Shown here one piece after another: positions 1 to 7,801 of a DNA stretch of 32,000 nucleotides (the first letter of the stretch is position 1; each line of letters begins with the position of its first letter). Both the position numbers and the translations under genes were made by a program. The notes below the pieces were generated by a model, which saw nothing but the letters and a program-made list of their open reading frames with translations, was not told where the DNA came from and searched no databases. The stretch is from Thermodesulfobacteriota bacterium (lineage in GTDB: Bacteria > Desulfobacterota > WTBG01 > JAGOGO01): assembly GCA_026625185.1 (NCBI GenBank), contig CP113000.1:2742651-2774650 (forward strand), given 5' to 3'.

Positions 1-299
1 GGGAAAAAAAGCCAGTTTATAAACTGAGAAAGATTAAACGAATATTTTTTTGTTGTGGGATCATGATCTTCCTGAGTAATTTTTTCTATAATTCTTTGAG
101 CAAAATTCAGGTCGGGTATTGGGCCGGAAGGAATTGCTTGGAGTGAAAGTAATTTTTCTTTCTGGAGGATAAGGTCGGTTAAATTTTTTTTACAGCACTG
201 ACACCCCTCTAAATGAAACAAGAGGACTTTTAACTCTTTTTTTGAGAGCCCATCATCAAGATAGCCCGAAATCAACTCCTGGTATTCAATGCAATTCAT
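1..299 (-). CDS. anti-sigma factor, zf-HC2 type (N-terminal part; gene runs off the window start)
   Basis: It is absent from the ORF track because it stays open to the window edge. The ATG at 299-297 lies 10 nt downstream of the sigma gene stop. Hand translation gives MNCIEYQELISGYLDDGLSKKELKVLLFHLEGCQCCKKNL..., which carries the H-x3-C-x2-C motif of ECF anti-sigma factors. There is no stop down to position 3. Confidence 0.7.
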   Translation of the reverse strand, partial: MNCIEYQELISGYLDDGLSKKELKVLLFHLEGCQCCKKNLTDLILQKEKLLSLQAIPSGPIPDLNFAQRIIEKITQEDHDPTTKKYSFNLSQFINWLFF

Positions 300-309
300 A
301 GGTTCCTTT

Positions 310-888
310 CTACATAAAGGGTTCTAATTTTTCTTTTAAAAGGCGACGGGCATGAAAAAGCCGCGACCGGACAGTGCCCACTGGGCATTTTAATATTTCC
401 GCGATCTCTTCATAATTCATATCTTCAAATTCTCTCAAAAGAAGAATTGCTCGTAAGCGTTCGGGGAGCGAATCTAACGCCTCTCTCACTACAAAAGCTG
501 TTTCTTCAAGTAAAATATTGTTTTCTGGAGTTCCAAATTTATTATCGGGTAAGTTTCGAAAAAAATTATTTTCCTCAGACTCGGAATCCAGTGAAAAATG
601 ATTTCGCGCGTGCAGATAATTGATGCTGTTATTAATCGCGATCCTGCGAAGCCAGGTATAGAAAGATGAATTCCCTTTAAATGTTTTAATCGACCGAAAA
701 GCCCTTAAAAAGGTTTCCTGGGCTAATTCGGGCACGATATTTCTTTCCTTTGTAAAATTAAAAATGAGGTTAAAAATCTGCTTTTCATATTTAATAATCA
801 ACAGTTCAAAAGATTTCTTATTTCCTTTTTTGGTCTCTTCAAGCAGAACATCATCGCTTTTTTGCAAATTTTTTCTCTCTCCAACCAT
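310..888 (-). CDS. ECF (sigma-24/RpoE-like) RNA polymerase sigma factor
   Basis: Track ORF 310..891. It has region 2 (ETFLRAF...FYTWLRRIAINN) and a region 4 HTH (YEEIAEILKCPVGTVRSRLFHAR). The ATG at 888 is preferred over the TTG at 891. An anti-sigma gene follows immediately downstream. Confidence 0.9.
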   Translation of the reverse strand: MVGERKNLQKSDDVLLEETKKGNKKSFELLIIKYEKQIFNLIFNFTKERNIVPELAQETFLRAFRSIKTFKGNSSFYTWLRRIAINNSINYLHARNHFSLDSESEENNFFRNLPDNKFGTPENNILLEETAFVVREALDSLPERLRAILLLREFEDMNYEEIAEILKCPVGTVRSRLFHARRLLKEKLEPFM

Positions 889-906
889 CAAATAATACTT
901 TGATTT

Positions 907-933
907 TCAGACCATTAATATACGAAAAAGTTC
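907..933 (-). promoter_or_regulatory. candidate ECF-type autoregulated promoter (GAACTT-N16-TCTGA)
   Basis: The minus strand reads tGAACTT (933-928), then 16 nt, then TCTGA (911-907), about 18 nt upstream of the sigma ATG. This matches the RpoE-type -35/-10 pattern. The leader would be very short and has no clear SD. Confidence 0.35.
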
Positions 934-1073
934 AAAAACAACAATAAGATCTCAATTCGAGGTAACCGTTACTTAATTTTTAAAAATCATTATACTTCCC
1001 TTATAATTTTTTTCAAGGTTTCGGTTGATTTTAGGACAGTCCATCGAAAAGCTAACCATGATGCCTTATCAGA

Positions 1074-1712
1074 TTAAAGGCAACTTAAAAAAAATCTTTT
1101 TACTTCCTCTCCAATCTCACCTTCCCTTCCGAAAAAAAAATGATCTGATTGCGGCAGGATAACCTTCTTTTTTGATGAAAAAATTTTATCAAAGACGATT
1201 TCAAATTCTTTTTTGTTGCAAAAGGTATCATGGTCTCCCCTTACGAAGAGAATTGGTAAGGCATTATCGTGAAGAAAGTTAAAGTCATATAACCCACAGG
1301 GGGGCGCGATTCCGGCTACTGCCCGGAGAGCATTAATGGTGAGCGCTGCTTGCAATCCAACCCAGGCTCCGAAAGAATAGCCGACAAGAAATATGCGGTT
1401 TCGATCAACCTTGGCGTGGGAGCTTAAAAAATTAACGGCGGCAATAACATCATCAACCTCTCCTTTACCCTCATCGTATTTACCTTCGCTTAAAGTTACC
1501 CCACGAAAATTAAAACGGAGGATTAAAAATTCTTCCGTTTCTAAAGCTTCTTTTATTCCCAGGACAACGTTATTATTCATATCGCCCCCATAAAGCGGGT
1601 GGGGATGACAAATTATCACCCCGGGACACGAAGAAGATTTTTGAGGATGCGATAATACTCCTTCCAGGGTAATGCCGCCACTTTTGAAAAAAATATGTTC
1701 ATGATTAATCAT
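1074..1712 (-). CDS. alpha/beta hydrolase (COG2945-like)
   Basis: 212 aa. It has HPHPLYGGDMNN, RFNFRGV and the GYSFGA nucleophile elbow typical of the small alpha/beta hydrolase family. Confidence 0.8.
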   Translation of the reverse strand: MINHEHIFFKSGGITLEGVLSHPQKSSSCPGVIICHPHPLYGGDMNNNVVLGIKEALETEEFLILRFNFRGVTLSEGKYDEGKGEVDDVIAAVNFLSSHAKVDRNRIFLVGYSFGAWVGLQAALTINALRAVAGIAPPCGLYDFNFLHDNALPILFVRGDHDTFCNKKEFEIVFDKIFSSKKKVILPQSDHFFFGREGEIGEEVKRFFLSCL

Positions 1713-3187
1713 GAATATTCCAATACCTCAAGCTTTATTTTATTCACAACGCTTAAAATTTTTATTTGATCACTTAACTCTCCGATTACTAACCGGATAT
1801 GAGCGGCATCCGCAGGAAATTGGTTAAACGTCGGATCAATTGCTACCCATCGGCCCAGGTAAATTTCCGGCCAGGAGTGATAATAAAATTTGTCTTTAAG
1901 ATAGACTAGTCCCACGCATATCCGGGTGGGTATTCCTAACGAACGAGATAACGCGGTAAAAAGGGCGGTGTGTTCATTACAGTCGCCGACCTTGAGAGCA
2001 AGGACTTCGAGTGCGTTCGGGATGCTTAAGGTGGGCTTCTTTTTTATGGTGCTGAAGACCCACTGTAATAACTTGCGCGCGGTTGTTTCCGCGTCTCCAT
2101 TATCACGGGCGATATTCTTTGCCTGGGTGATAATCCGTTCATCCGTGCTTTGAATCAATGGCGTTGGTTGAAGATATTTTTTAAGATCACCGTCTCGGTA
2201 GGGCAATGAAAACGTTTCCCAGGACCCGGGCTCTTCTTGCCGGACTTTTAAAATATTACTCTGCCGGCTTTGCCGGCCTTCGTTGAGATCAAATCCATCC
2301 AAAGGAAGGTTAGTAATTCTAACCTCGAGAACCTTTACCGATCGCGCATTTTTGATGGAAACATTGACCGGAACAGCGTTCGCAAAGGCAAAATCCGGTT
2401 TTTCTTTTTTCATCCATTCACCGGATAACGCTTGTTCCTGAGTTTCTTTTATGAGCGTCAACCCGAGTAGACCTTCTTCTTTTAATACTTCACCGGCTTC
2501 CGAGACAAAGGCCAGGGTTTCAATTCCCTCAAATGACTCCTTTAATTTAAAAACAATTATTTCCTGGCCGGAGAAAAGAATCTTTTCTTTTCCTAAAACT
2601 TCAATAGTGATGTCACGGAAACTTAATGTGGAAGGGTCAAAAAAAGGCAGGATAAATCTTTTCCCTTTAACCAAACCCTTTTTAAGAATATAGGGTTTTA
2701 AGGTGTTCGAGAGAAAAGGAACGTCTTTTATTGGGAAAAACAATTGGGTTTTATTTTTCTCTGACACCATGATGAGATCAAGAGTTGTACCATTAACCAC
2801 TCCGTGAAGAGAAAATGTAATCCGGTCGGATAATAATGAAAAGTCAAATAACCTTAAAGAATAATCCTGGTTAACAACTGATTTTATTTTCGACTCGATT
2901 CGTTGTTTGGTGCCCAACATATTCAGGACCATCAATGAGTCTTCAAAAAATTCAAAACAATCCCCTGCCCGCCTGGTTTTCGTTGTTGAATAGCCCACCT
3001 TTTCACCCTTAAGGTAGATACCAAGCCACTCTTCGTGTTTTTCTAAGGCATCTACTCCGGTTGCATAACTAAGGTGATCGTCGATGGGCTTTAGATAGTT
3101 TTTCTGGATGAGCAGAACAACCATCACCAAGCAAAAAAAAAGGATAAGAAATTGAATTAACCGGCCCTTATTCATCTTTTCTAACAT
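1709..3187 (-). CDS. transglutaminase-like domain membrane protein
   Basis: 492 aa with an N-terminal TM helix. The C-terminal transglutaminase core is present (VGDCNEHTALF ... YYHSWPEIY ... AIDPT, a Cys-His-Asp arrangement). It overlaps the downstream hydrolase gene by 4 nt. Confidence 0.8.
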   Translation of the reverse strand: MLEKMNKGRLIQFLILFFCLVMVVLLIQKNYLKPIDDHLSYATGVDALEKHEEWLGIYLKGEKVGYSTTKTRRAGDCFEFFEDSLMVLNMLGTKQRIESKIKSVVNQDYSLRLFDFSLLSDRITFSLHGVVNGTTLDLIMVSEKNKTQLFFPIKDVPFLSNTLKPYILKKGLVKGKRFILPFFDPSTLSFRDITIEVLGKEKILFSGQEIIVFKLKESFEGIETLAFVSEAGEVLKEEGLLGLTLIKETQEQALSGEWMKKEKPDFAFANAVPVNVSIKNARSVKVLEVRITNLPLDGFDLNEGRQSRQSNILKVRQEEPGSWETFSLPYRDGDLKKYLQPTPLIQSTDERIITQAKNIARDNGDAETTARKLLQWVFSTIKKKPTLSIPNALEVLALKVGDCNEHTALFTALSRSLGIPTRICVGLVYLKDKFYYHSWPEIYLGRWVAIDPTFNQFPADAAHIRLVIGELSDQIKILSVVNKIKLEVLEYS

Positions 3188-3929
3188 CGTTTTGGAAAAT
3201 TTTTTTTTGTTTTAACCGGTTATGAAGAAGCTTTCTTACCTCCCCGGAAGGTAATACGACATAGTCGCCTGGCTTGAGGTTCCCAAGTGAGAACGGCCCA
3301 AAGGTTATTCGTTTTAGTTTTAGCACCGAATGCCCCACTGCAGAAAACATACGCTTGATAAGTTTATTTCTTCCTTCAGTGACCGTAACCCGTAGCCAGC
3401 TGTTGTTTTTTGTTTTACCAACCAAAACCACCTTGGCAGGGAATGTGATCCCGTCAGTGAGAAGAATGCCCATGCGAAGATTTTTAATTGTTATAAAATC
3501 CGGCACCCCTTTAACCTTGACCAAATAGGTGCGTGGAACACTGAAACTGGGATGCAGAAGCCTCTGAGCTAATTCGCCGTCATTGGTAAGAAGAAGCAGC
3601 CCTTCAGCGTCGAAATCGAGCCGGCCGACGGGAAATACCCTGACATGAACTTTTTTAAGAAGGTCGATGATTTTGGGCCTGTTTTGAGGATCATCAAGAC
3701 TGGTAATATAATTTAGTGGTTTGTTAAGAAGAATGTAAATTTTTTCTTTATTGGCCGTGATCAGTTTGCCGTTAACCCTGATCTTGTTTTTTTCGAAATC
3801 AGCCAGTGTTCCCAGTTTCGTGATGGTTCGGCCATCTACGCTTACCCTGCCCTCCTGGATAAGGTCTTCGGCTTTTCGACGGGAGGTAATGCCCGCTTCA
3901 GCGATAATTTTCTGTAATCTTTTTTTCAT
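3168..3929 (-). CDS. rluB: 23S rRNA pseudouridine synthase, RsuA/RluB family
   Basis: 253 aa. It has an N-terminal S4 domain (ITSRRKAEDLIQEGRVSVDG) and the catalytic motif VGRLDFDAEGLLLLTNDG. It lies directly downstream of scpB, as in many bacteria. Confidence 0.85.
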   Translation of the reverse strand: MKKRLQKIIAEAGITSRRKAEDLIQEGRVSVDGRTITKLGTLADFEKNKIRVNGKLITANKEKIYILLNKPLNYITSLDDPQNRPKIIDLLKKVHVRVFPVGRLDFDAEGLLLLTNDGELAQRLLHPSFSVPRTYLVKVKGVPDFITIKNLRMGILLTDGITFPAKVVLVGKTKNNSWLRVTVTEGRNKLIKRMFSAVGHSVLKLKRITFGPFSLGNLKPGDYVVLPSGEVRKLLHNRLKQKKIFQNDVRKDE

Positions 3930-3944
3930 CCGTGCGGCAAGACA

Positions 3945-4571
3945 TTACTGCTGATGGTCATCATCAGCAACAAGTGTTATCTCCTCAGGAGCAGAGGGCG
4001 TTTCTGGTTCCTCCTGAAGTTTTTGGGAGAATAGCGGCAACATCGTTGCATCTACCTGACTGATATCCTCCAAGGCGGGGAGGTCTTTTAAGGCCTTTAA
4101 GCCGAATATGGTTAAAAAATTCGGGGTCGTGCTGTAGATCAAAGGTTTGCCGGGCACATCCTTTTTCCCGACAATTTTTATCAGGTTTTTTTCCAAAAGC
4201 GCGCGCAGAATACCACCGGCATCAACCCCCCGCACATCTTCTATTTCCGCTCGGGTGATGGGTTGTTTATAAGCGATAATCGCCAGAGTTTCCAGCGTGG
4301 CCGGACTCAAACGCGCCGGACGGATTTTTTTGAATTTCTTGATCCAGGGAGAATATTCGGTTTTGGTGTAAAACTGGAAGCCACTGGCAACCTCCCGGAT
4401 CGCGAAACTGCGGTTTAAATCCTCATATTCTTTTTTGAGTTCCGCCATTATCTCCCGCAAATCCTTCACTGGAGTGTCAAGAAAAATTTCGTTTAGTTTT
4501 TCCAGCCTCATCGGAGTCTCAGTGGAAAAAAGCAGACTTTCCAGAATAAGCTTAATTTCTGTCCGTTCCAA
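3945..4571 (-). CDS. scpB: segregation and condensation protein B
   Basis: 208 aa with typical ScpB winged-helix repeats (LESLLF...PM..., LSPATLETLAIIAYKQPITRAEIEDVRGV). Confidence 0.85.
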   Translation of the reverse strand: MERTEIKLILESLLFSTETPMRLEKLNEIFLDTPVKDLREIMAELKKEYEDLNRSFAIREVASGFQFYTKTEYSPWIKKFKKIRPARLSPATLETLAIIAYKQPITRAEIEDVRGVDAGGILRALLEKNLIKIVGKKDVPGKPLIYSTTPNFLTIFGLKALKDLPALEDISQVDATMLPLFSQKLQEEPETPSAPEEITLVADDDHQQ

Positions 4572-4705
4572 TTATCAGACCTCCAGAATTAAAAGTGTTT
4601 GCCCTAAGAAAACAAATTCTTGGTTAAAAAAAAATTATAGTAAATTCTATTAAAAAACGAAACAAGAATCTCTGATTTTGAAATCAAAAAAGAAATGTGC
4701 AGTTA

Positions 4706-4721
4706 TTATAATTAATTATAA
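4706..4721. repeat. perfect 16-nt AT palindrome TTATAATTAATTATAA
   Basis: It is self-complementary by hand check and contains TATAAT on both strands. It sits in the AT-rich spacer upstream of scpB. Confidence 0.5.
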
Positions 4722-4738
4722 CACTTTTGGCCTGAATT

Positions 4739-4766
4739 CCACTCTTGAGAGGGGTCAGGGGTGTGT
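4739..4766 (-). repeat. partial inverted copy of dispersed hairpin repeat family 1
   Basis: CCACTCTTGAGAGGGGTCAGGGGTGTGT aligns to the reverse complement of 5927-5970 (CCCCTCTATGAAAGGGGTGTCAC...GACGGGGTGT) but lacks the inner hairpin. Confidence 0.4.
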
Positions 4767-4981
4767 CCTTCAAAAAATTGCTCCATAATTCCTACTTAGA
4801 AACCTTCCCCCTCGGATTTCGGAAAACTAGGATAAAAAAATTGACCGGCTTCTTCCCGCCTCTTTATCCCTTTCAAAGCGGTGACTTCCGCGCTTATTAT
4901 CGCATCATCGCTCAAAATGTAATCATTCTTCCTATCACCCATAAAAAAGATAGCGAAAGACTTTTGAAAACGTTGAAATAA
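4745..4981 (+). pseudogene. RelE/ParE-family toxin remnant (N-terminally truncated, no antitoxin gene)
   Basis: The C-terminal half, KKLTG..PLYPFQSGDFRAYYRIIAQNVIILPITHKKD, matches the RelE/ParE signature G-D-[FY]-R-x-x-Y-x-I...V-I-I-L-x-I-x-H-[RK]-K-D. The frame only opens at 4736, and the first residues are read out of a dispersed repeat copy. No upstream antitoxin ORF is present. Confidence 0.4.
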
Positions 4982-5055
4982 ACTATTTTTCTTTTCGTAA
5001 GCCTTGAGAAGCGTGACGAATTTAGGTTTTAATTTTCTTGTGTTATAATAACGTT

Positions 5056-5889
5056 ATGGATATTCCAAAGAGAAAACTGGGTAAAACCGGCGTGGAGGTT
5101 ACGATCCTGGGTCTGGGAGGAGAAGGTATCCTCCGGACTTACGGTTATGAAAAAGAAGCGTATGATTTGATCAATCGGGCCATTGATCTCGGGATCAACT
5201 ACTTTGAATCGGCGCGGGCCTATTCCGGAAGCGAATCCTATTACGGCAGGTCTTTGAGGGAGAGGAGAACGGAAATCTTTCTCACCAGCAAATCTCACGC
5301 GAGAAGCAAGCAAGGAGCTTTGCTTCATCTTCAGGAAACGCTCAGAAATATGAAGACCGACCACCTTGACCTGTGGCAAGTTCATGATGTGAGGACAGAG
5401 GAAGACGTGGAGGAGATCTTAGGTCCCTCTGGGGCCCTTGAAGCTTTTGTTGAAGCAAAGGGCAATGGTCTGGTCCGGTTTATCGGTGTGACCGGCCATC
5501 ATGATCCTCTCATCACCAAACAATGTCTTCACCAATTCGACTTCGATACGGTTCTGATTCCAATTAATCCGGCGGAACCGGCTTACAAAAGCTATTTGAC
5601 GGAAGTCATTCCTTTGGCGAATAATAAGGGAATGGGTATTGTCGGCATGAAGGTCTATTTTAGAGGATTAGCCGCTAAACTGCCGTGGTTTGAAACCATG
5701 GAGCCCTTTTTCCGTTTTGCCCTCTCTCAGCCGATAACGACCGCGGTCATTGGATGTGATGACCTGGAACAGGTTGAAGAGAATGTAAGGTTAGCAGGGT
5801 CATTCTCTCCCCTGACTGAAAAAGAGACTCAGGAGCTGATCAGGAAGGTCTCCCCCTTTGCGCGGGAGTTCATGTACTACAAACCCTGA
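5056..5889 (+). CDS. aldo/keto reductase
   Basis: Track ORF 5038..5889. The ATG at 5056 gives MDIPKRKLGKTGVEVTILGLGG, a typical AKR N-terminus, and DLWQVHD and GVTGH motifs are present. Confidence 0.85.
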   Translation: MDIPKRKLGKTGVEVTILGLGGEGILRTYGYEKEAYDLINRAIDLGINYFESARAYSGSESYYGRSLRERRTEIFLTSKSHARSKQGALLHLQETLRNMKTDHLDLWQVHDVRTEEDVEEILGPSGALEAFVEAKGNGLVRFIGVTGHHDPLITKQCLHQFDFDTVLIPINPAEPAYKSYLTEVIPLANNKGMGIVGMKVYFRGLAAKLPWFETMEPFFRFALSQPITTAVIGCDDLEQVEENVRLAGSFSPLTEKETQELIRKVSPFAREFMYYKP

Positions 5890-5926
5890 CCCGTCGGGTA
5901 AAAAGGAAAGGCTACTTTTATTATAT

Positions 5927-5970
5927 ACACCCCGTCACTTCGTGACACCCCTTTCATAGAGGGGATTTTC
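5927..5970 (+). repeat. dispersed hairpin repeat family 1, copy 1
   Basis: ACACCCCGTCACTTCGTGACACCCCTTTCATAGAGGGGATTTTC carries two hairpins: GTCAC/GTGAC (5934-5946) and CCCCT/AGGGG (5948-5964). It is about 75% identical to 19544-19584. Confidence 0.6.
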
Positions 5971-6648
5971 CTAAAAATTTAACAACCAGCGATTATCCTT
6001 CAACCACATCTCTGCTTGTTGGTAGTTCGGGAATAAAAGCCTGACTTTTTCCCGGAAGTTTCGTGAATGATTCCGCTCCTCAAGATGAACAAGTTCATGC
6101 ACAATCACGTAATCAACGATCTTCATCGGTGCCATGATCAAACGCCAGCTGAAATTTAGTGTCCCTTTCGGTTCGCAGGAACCCCAGCGTTTCCATGCGC
6201 CGGTAATACTAATCCTCTTAAAACTTAAGCCGGCCGTTTCCGCGTAAAGCCTGACCCGATCCTTGATTACTTCGTACGCTTGCTTTCGATACCATTGTTC
6301 AAAAAGCTGTTTCGCGTCAGATAAAAAGGATTCTGAAAACAAAAATTTCTTTTCATTAAAGACGATGGGTCGCGTGACATCTTGGATAACAAAAAGCGTG
6401 TGCCATTCACCCAGATACAAAAACCTTTCCCCGTCGACAAACTCCCGTTTGACTGACGGCCGAAAGGACTCTCGCGCCAGTTTCTGATGATGCAGTATCC
6501 ATTTTATTTTTTTTTGAACAAACGTGAATATGGTTTCTTCGGAAACTTTTTCCGGTGCCCGCACAATCAGACTCGCGTCCGGTGTAACCTGTAGCGCAAG
6601 TGTTCGGCGTTTTGATCGGATGATTTGTTTAATGAGTCCCTTATCCAT
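5971..6648 (-). CDS. YgjP-like (DUF45/M48-type) zinc metallopeptidase
   Basis: Track ORF 5971..6675; the start at Met10 (6648) is preferred. It has the HELVHLEERNHS zinc motif (HExxH) and a family-typical N-terminus (IIRSKRRTLALQVTPDASLIVRAP). Confidence 0.8.
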   Translation of the reverse strand: MDKGLIKQIIRSKRRTLALQVTPDASLIVRAPEKVSEETIFTFVQKKIKWILHHQKLARESFRPSVKREFVDGERFLYLGEWHTLFVIQDVTRPIVFNEKKFLFSESFLSDAKQLFEQWYRKQAYEVIKDRVRLYAETAGLSFKRISITGAWKRWGSCEPKGTLNFSWRLIMAPMKIVDYVIVHELVHLEERNHSRNFREKVRLLFPNYQQAEMWLKDNRWLLNF

Positions 6649-6693
6649 TGAAGCACCTTCTCGATCACCTGCCATACTATCTTTACTATGCAG

Positions 6694-7167
6694 TTATGGT
6701 AAACCACTACCCTTTCTCCCGCCCTTTTTCGTTTTATAAACCGCGCCCTTTTCCTTAACCTTAAAACCAATCTTTTTTTGAGAAGACTCCGGCGGTGTCT
6801 TCAGTTGACGGATTGCGTCAAAAACTTCTTTAAACTCGATATGAACCTGGGCCGCGCGTTTGCGTCGCAAGACACTGGAAAGCATAGCAACGCCTTGTTC
6901 GGTAAATGCATAGGGAGCTGGCGGTTGCAGATCACCCCAACTTGAGGTCACAATTTGCGACTTCAAGTTAGCAAGCTCTTGATTTGTAAGCTGAAACATA
7001 AAATCCTCCGGAAACCTTTCTATGTTTCGTTTAACAGCTTCTAACAAAACTTTTGGTTCGACCCCGTAAAGCTCTGCAAGCTCCGTGCTTAACATCACCT
7101 TCTGACCGCGAATCATCCGAATACGCTGTTCGACTTTCTTATCAGAGATAATCTTTCTTTCATCCAT
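6694..7167 (-). CDS. ORF6N (KilA-N-like) DNA-binding domain protein
   Basis: 157 aa. IRMIRGQKVMLSTELAELYGVEPKVLLEAVKRNIERFPEDFMFQLT matches the ORF6N domain pattern. Confidence 0.75.
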   Translation of the reverse strand: MDERKIISDKKVEQRIRMIRGQKVMLSTELAELYGVEPKVLLEAVKRNIERFPEDFMFQLTNQELANLKSQIVTSSWGDLQPPAPYAFTEQGVAMLSSVLRRKRAAQVHIEFKEVFDAIRQLKTPPESSQKKIGFKVKEKGAVYKTKKGGRKGSGLP

Positions 7168-7229
7168 AACGTGTTCTTACAATGAGATGAAATCATTTTC
7201 GATTAGAATAATTTTTTCCTGATTTAATA

Positions 7230-7273
7230 AATAAATTCAAAAAAAGTCAAGAGAAACCAGCTGAATAGCTCCA
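7230..7273 (+). repeat. dispersed repeat family 2, copy 1
   Basis: AATAAATTCAAAAAAAGTCAAGAGAAACCAGCTGAATAGCTCCA is about 80% identical to 10267-10312 in the same orientation. Confidence 0.6.
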
Positions 7274-7309
7274 GTGGGGATTTTTTCGGAAAAGTGATCC
7301 CCGAAAATG

Positions 7310-7801
7310 TTATTGGGGCGCAAGAAAAGATTTTTTTATCCTTTTTTTCTGCTCCTCTACTTTAAGCATCCAGTTTTGGTTTCCCTCCAGGTAGGTCCCT
7401 GCCAAAGAGTTGAATTCTTCGGCCTGACTGATGTTTCCTTTTTGGAGCCACGCCTCGGCAAGGTAATAGTAGTTCTGGCCGTTACCGGGGTTGAGGCTTA
7501 CTGCCCGCTCAAGCACTCTGATGGCATCGTCAACTTTTTTTCGTTTTAAAAGCTCTCGCCCCTGCTCGGTCATTTGTAAAGAAGCCATCGCGCGTGGACC
7601 GGGACGTTCCTCAGGTTCTTTTGGCGTTTCCGGTATAACTGCGGTTTCAGGTTTTGAGGGCGCAGGTGGTGAAGGCAAAGGCGCAGGAGAAGAAGGAGGA
7701 GCAGGAGCAGGCCGGGGACTTGTCATAGTACAGCCTATGGTTACCGACCCTATCGCCGCAAGTAAAATGATTAAAAAAAATTTAAAATTACTCAATGACA
7801 T
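7310..7801 (-). CDS. lipoprotein with Pro-rich linker and TPR domain
   Basis: 163 aa. It has a signal peptide ending ...GSVTIGC (lipobox-like), then a roughly 50-aa Pro/Ala/Ser-rich segment, then TPR-like repeats (AIRVLERAVSLNPGNGQNYYYLAEAWLQKGN). Its start overlaps the PBP1A stop by 14 nt. Confidence 0.65.
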   Translation of the reverse strand: MSLSNFKFFLIILLAAIGSVTIGCTMTSPRPAPAPPSSPAPLPSPPAPSKPETAVIPETPKEPEERPGPRAMASLQMTEQGRELLKRKKVDDAIRVLERAVSLNPGNGQNYYYLAEAWLQKGNISQAEEFNSLAGTYLEGNQNWMLKVEEQKKRIKKSFLAPQ

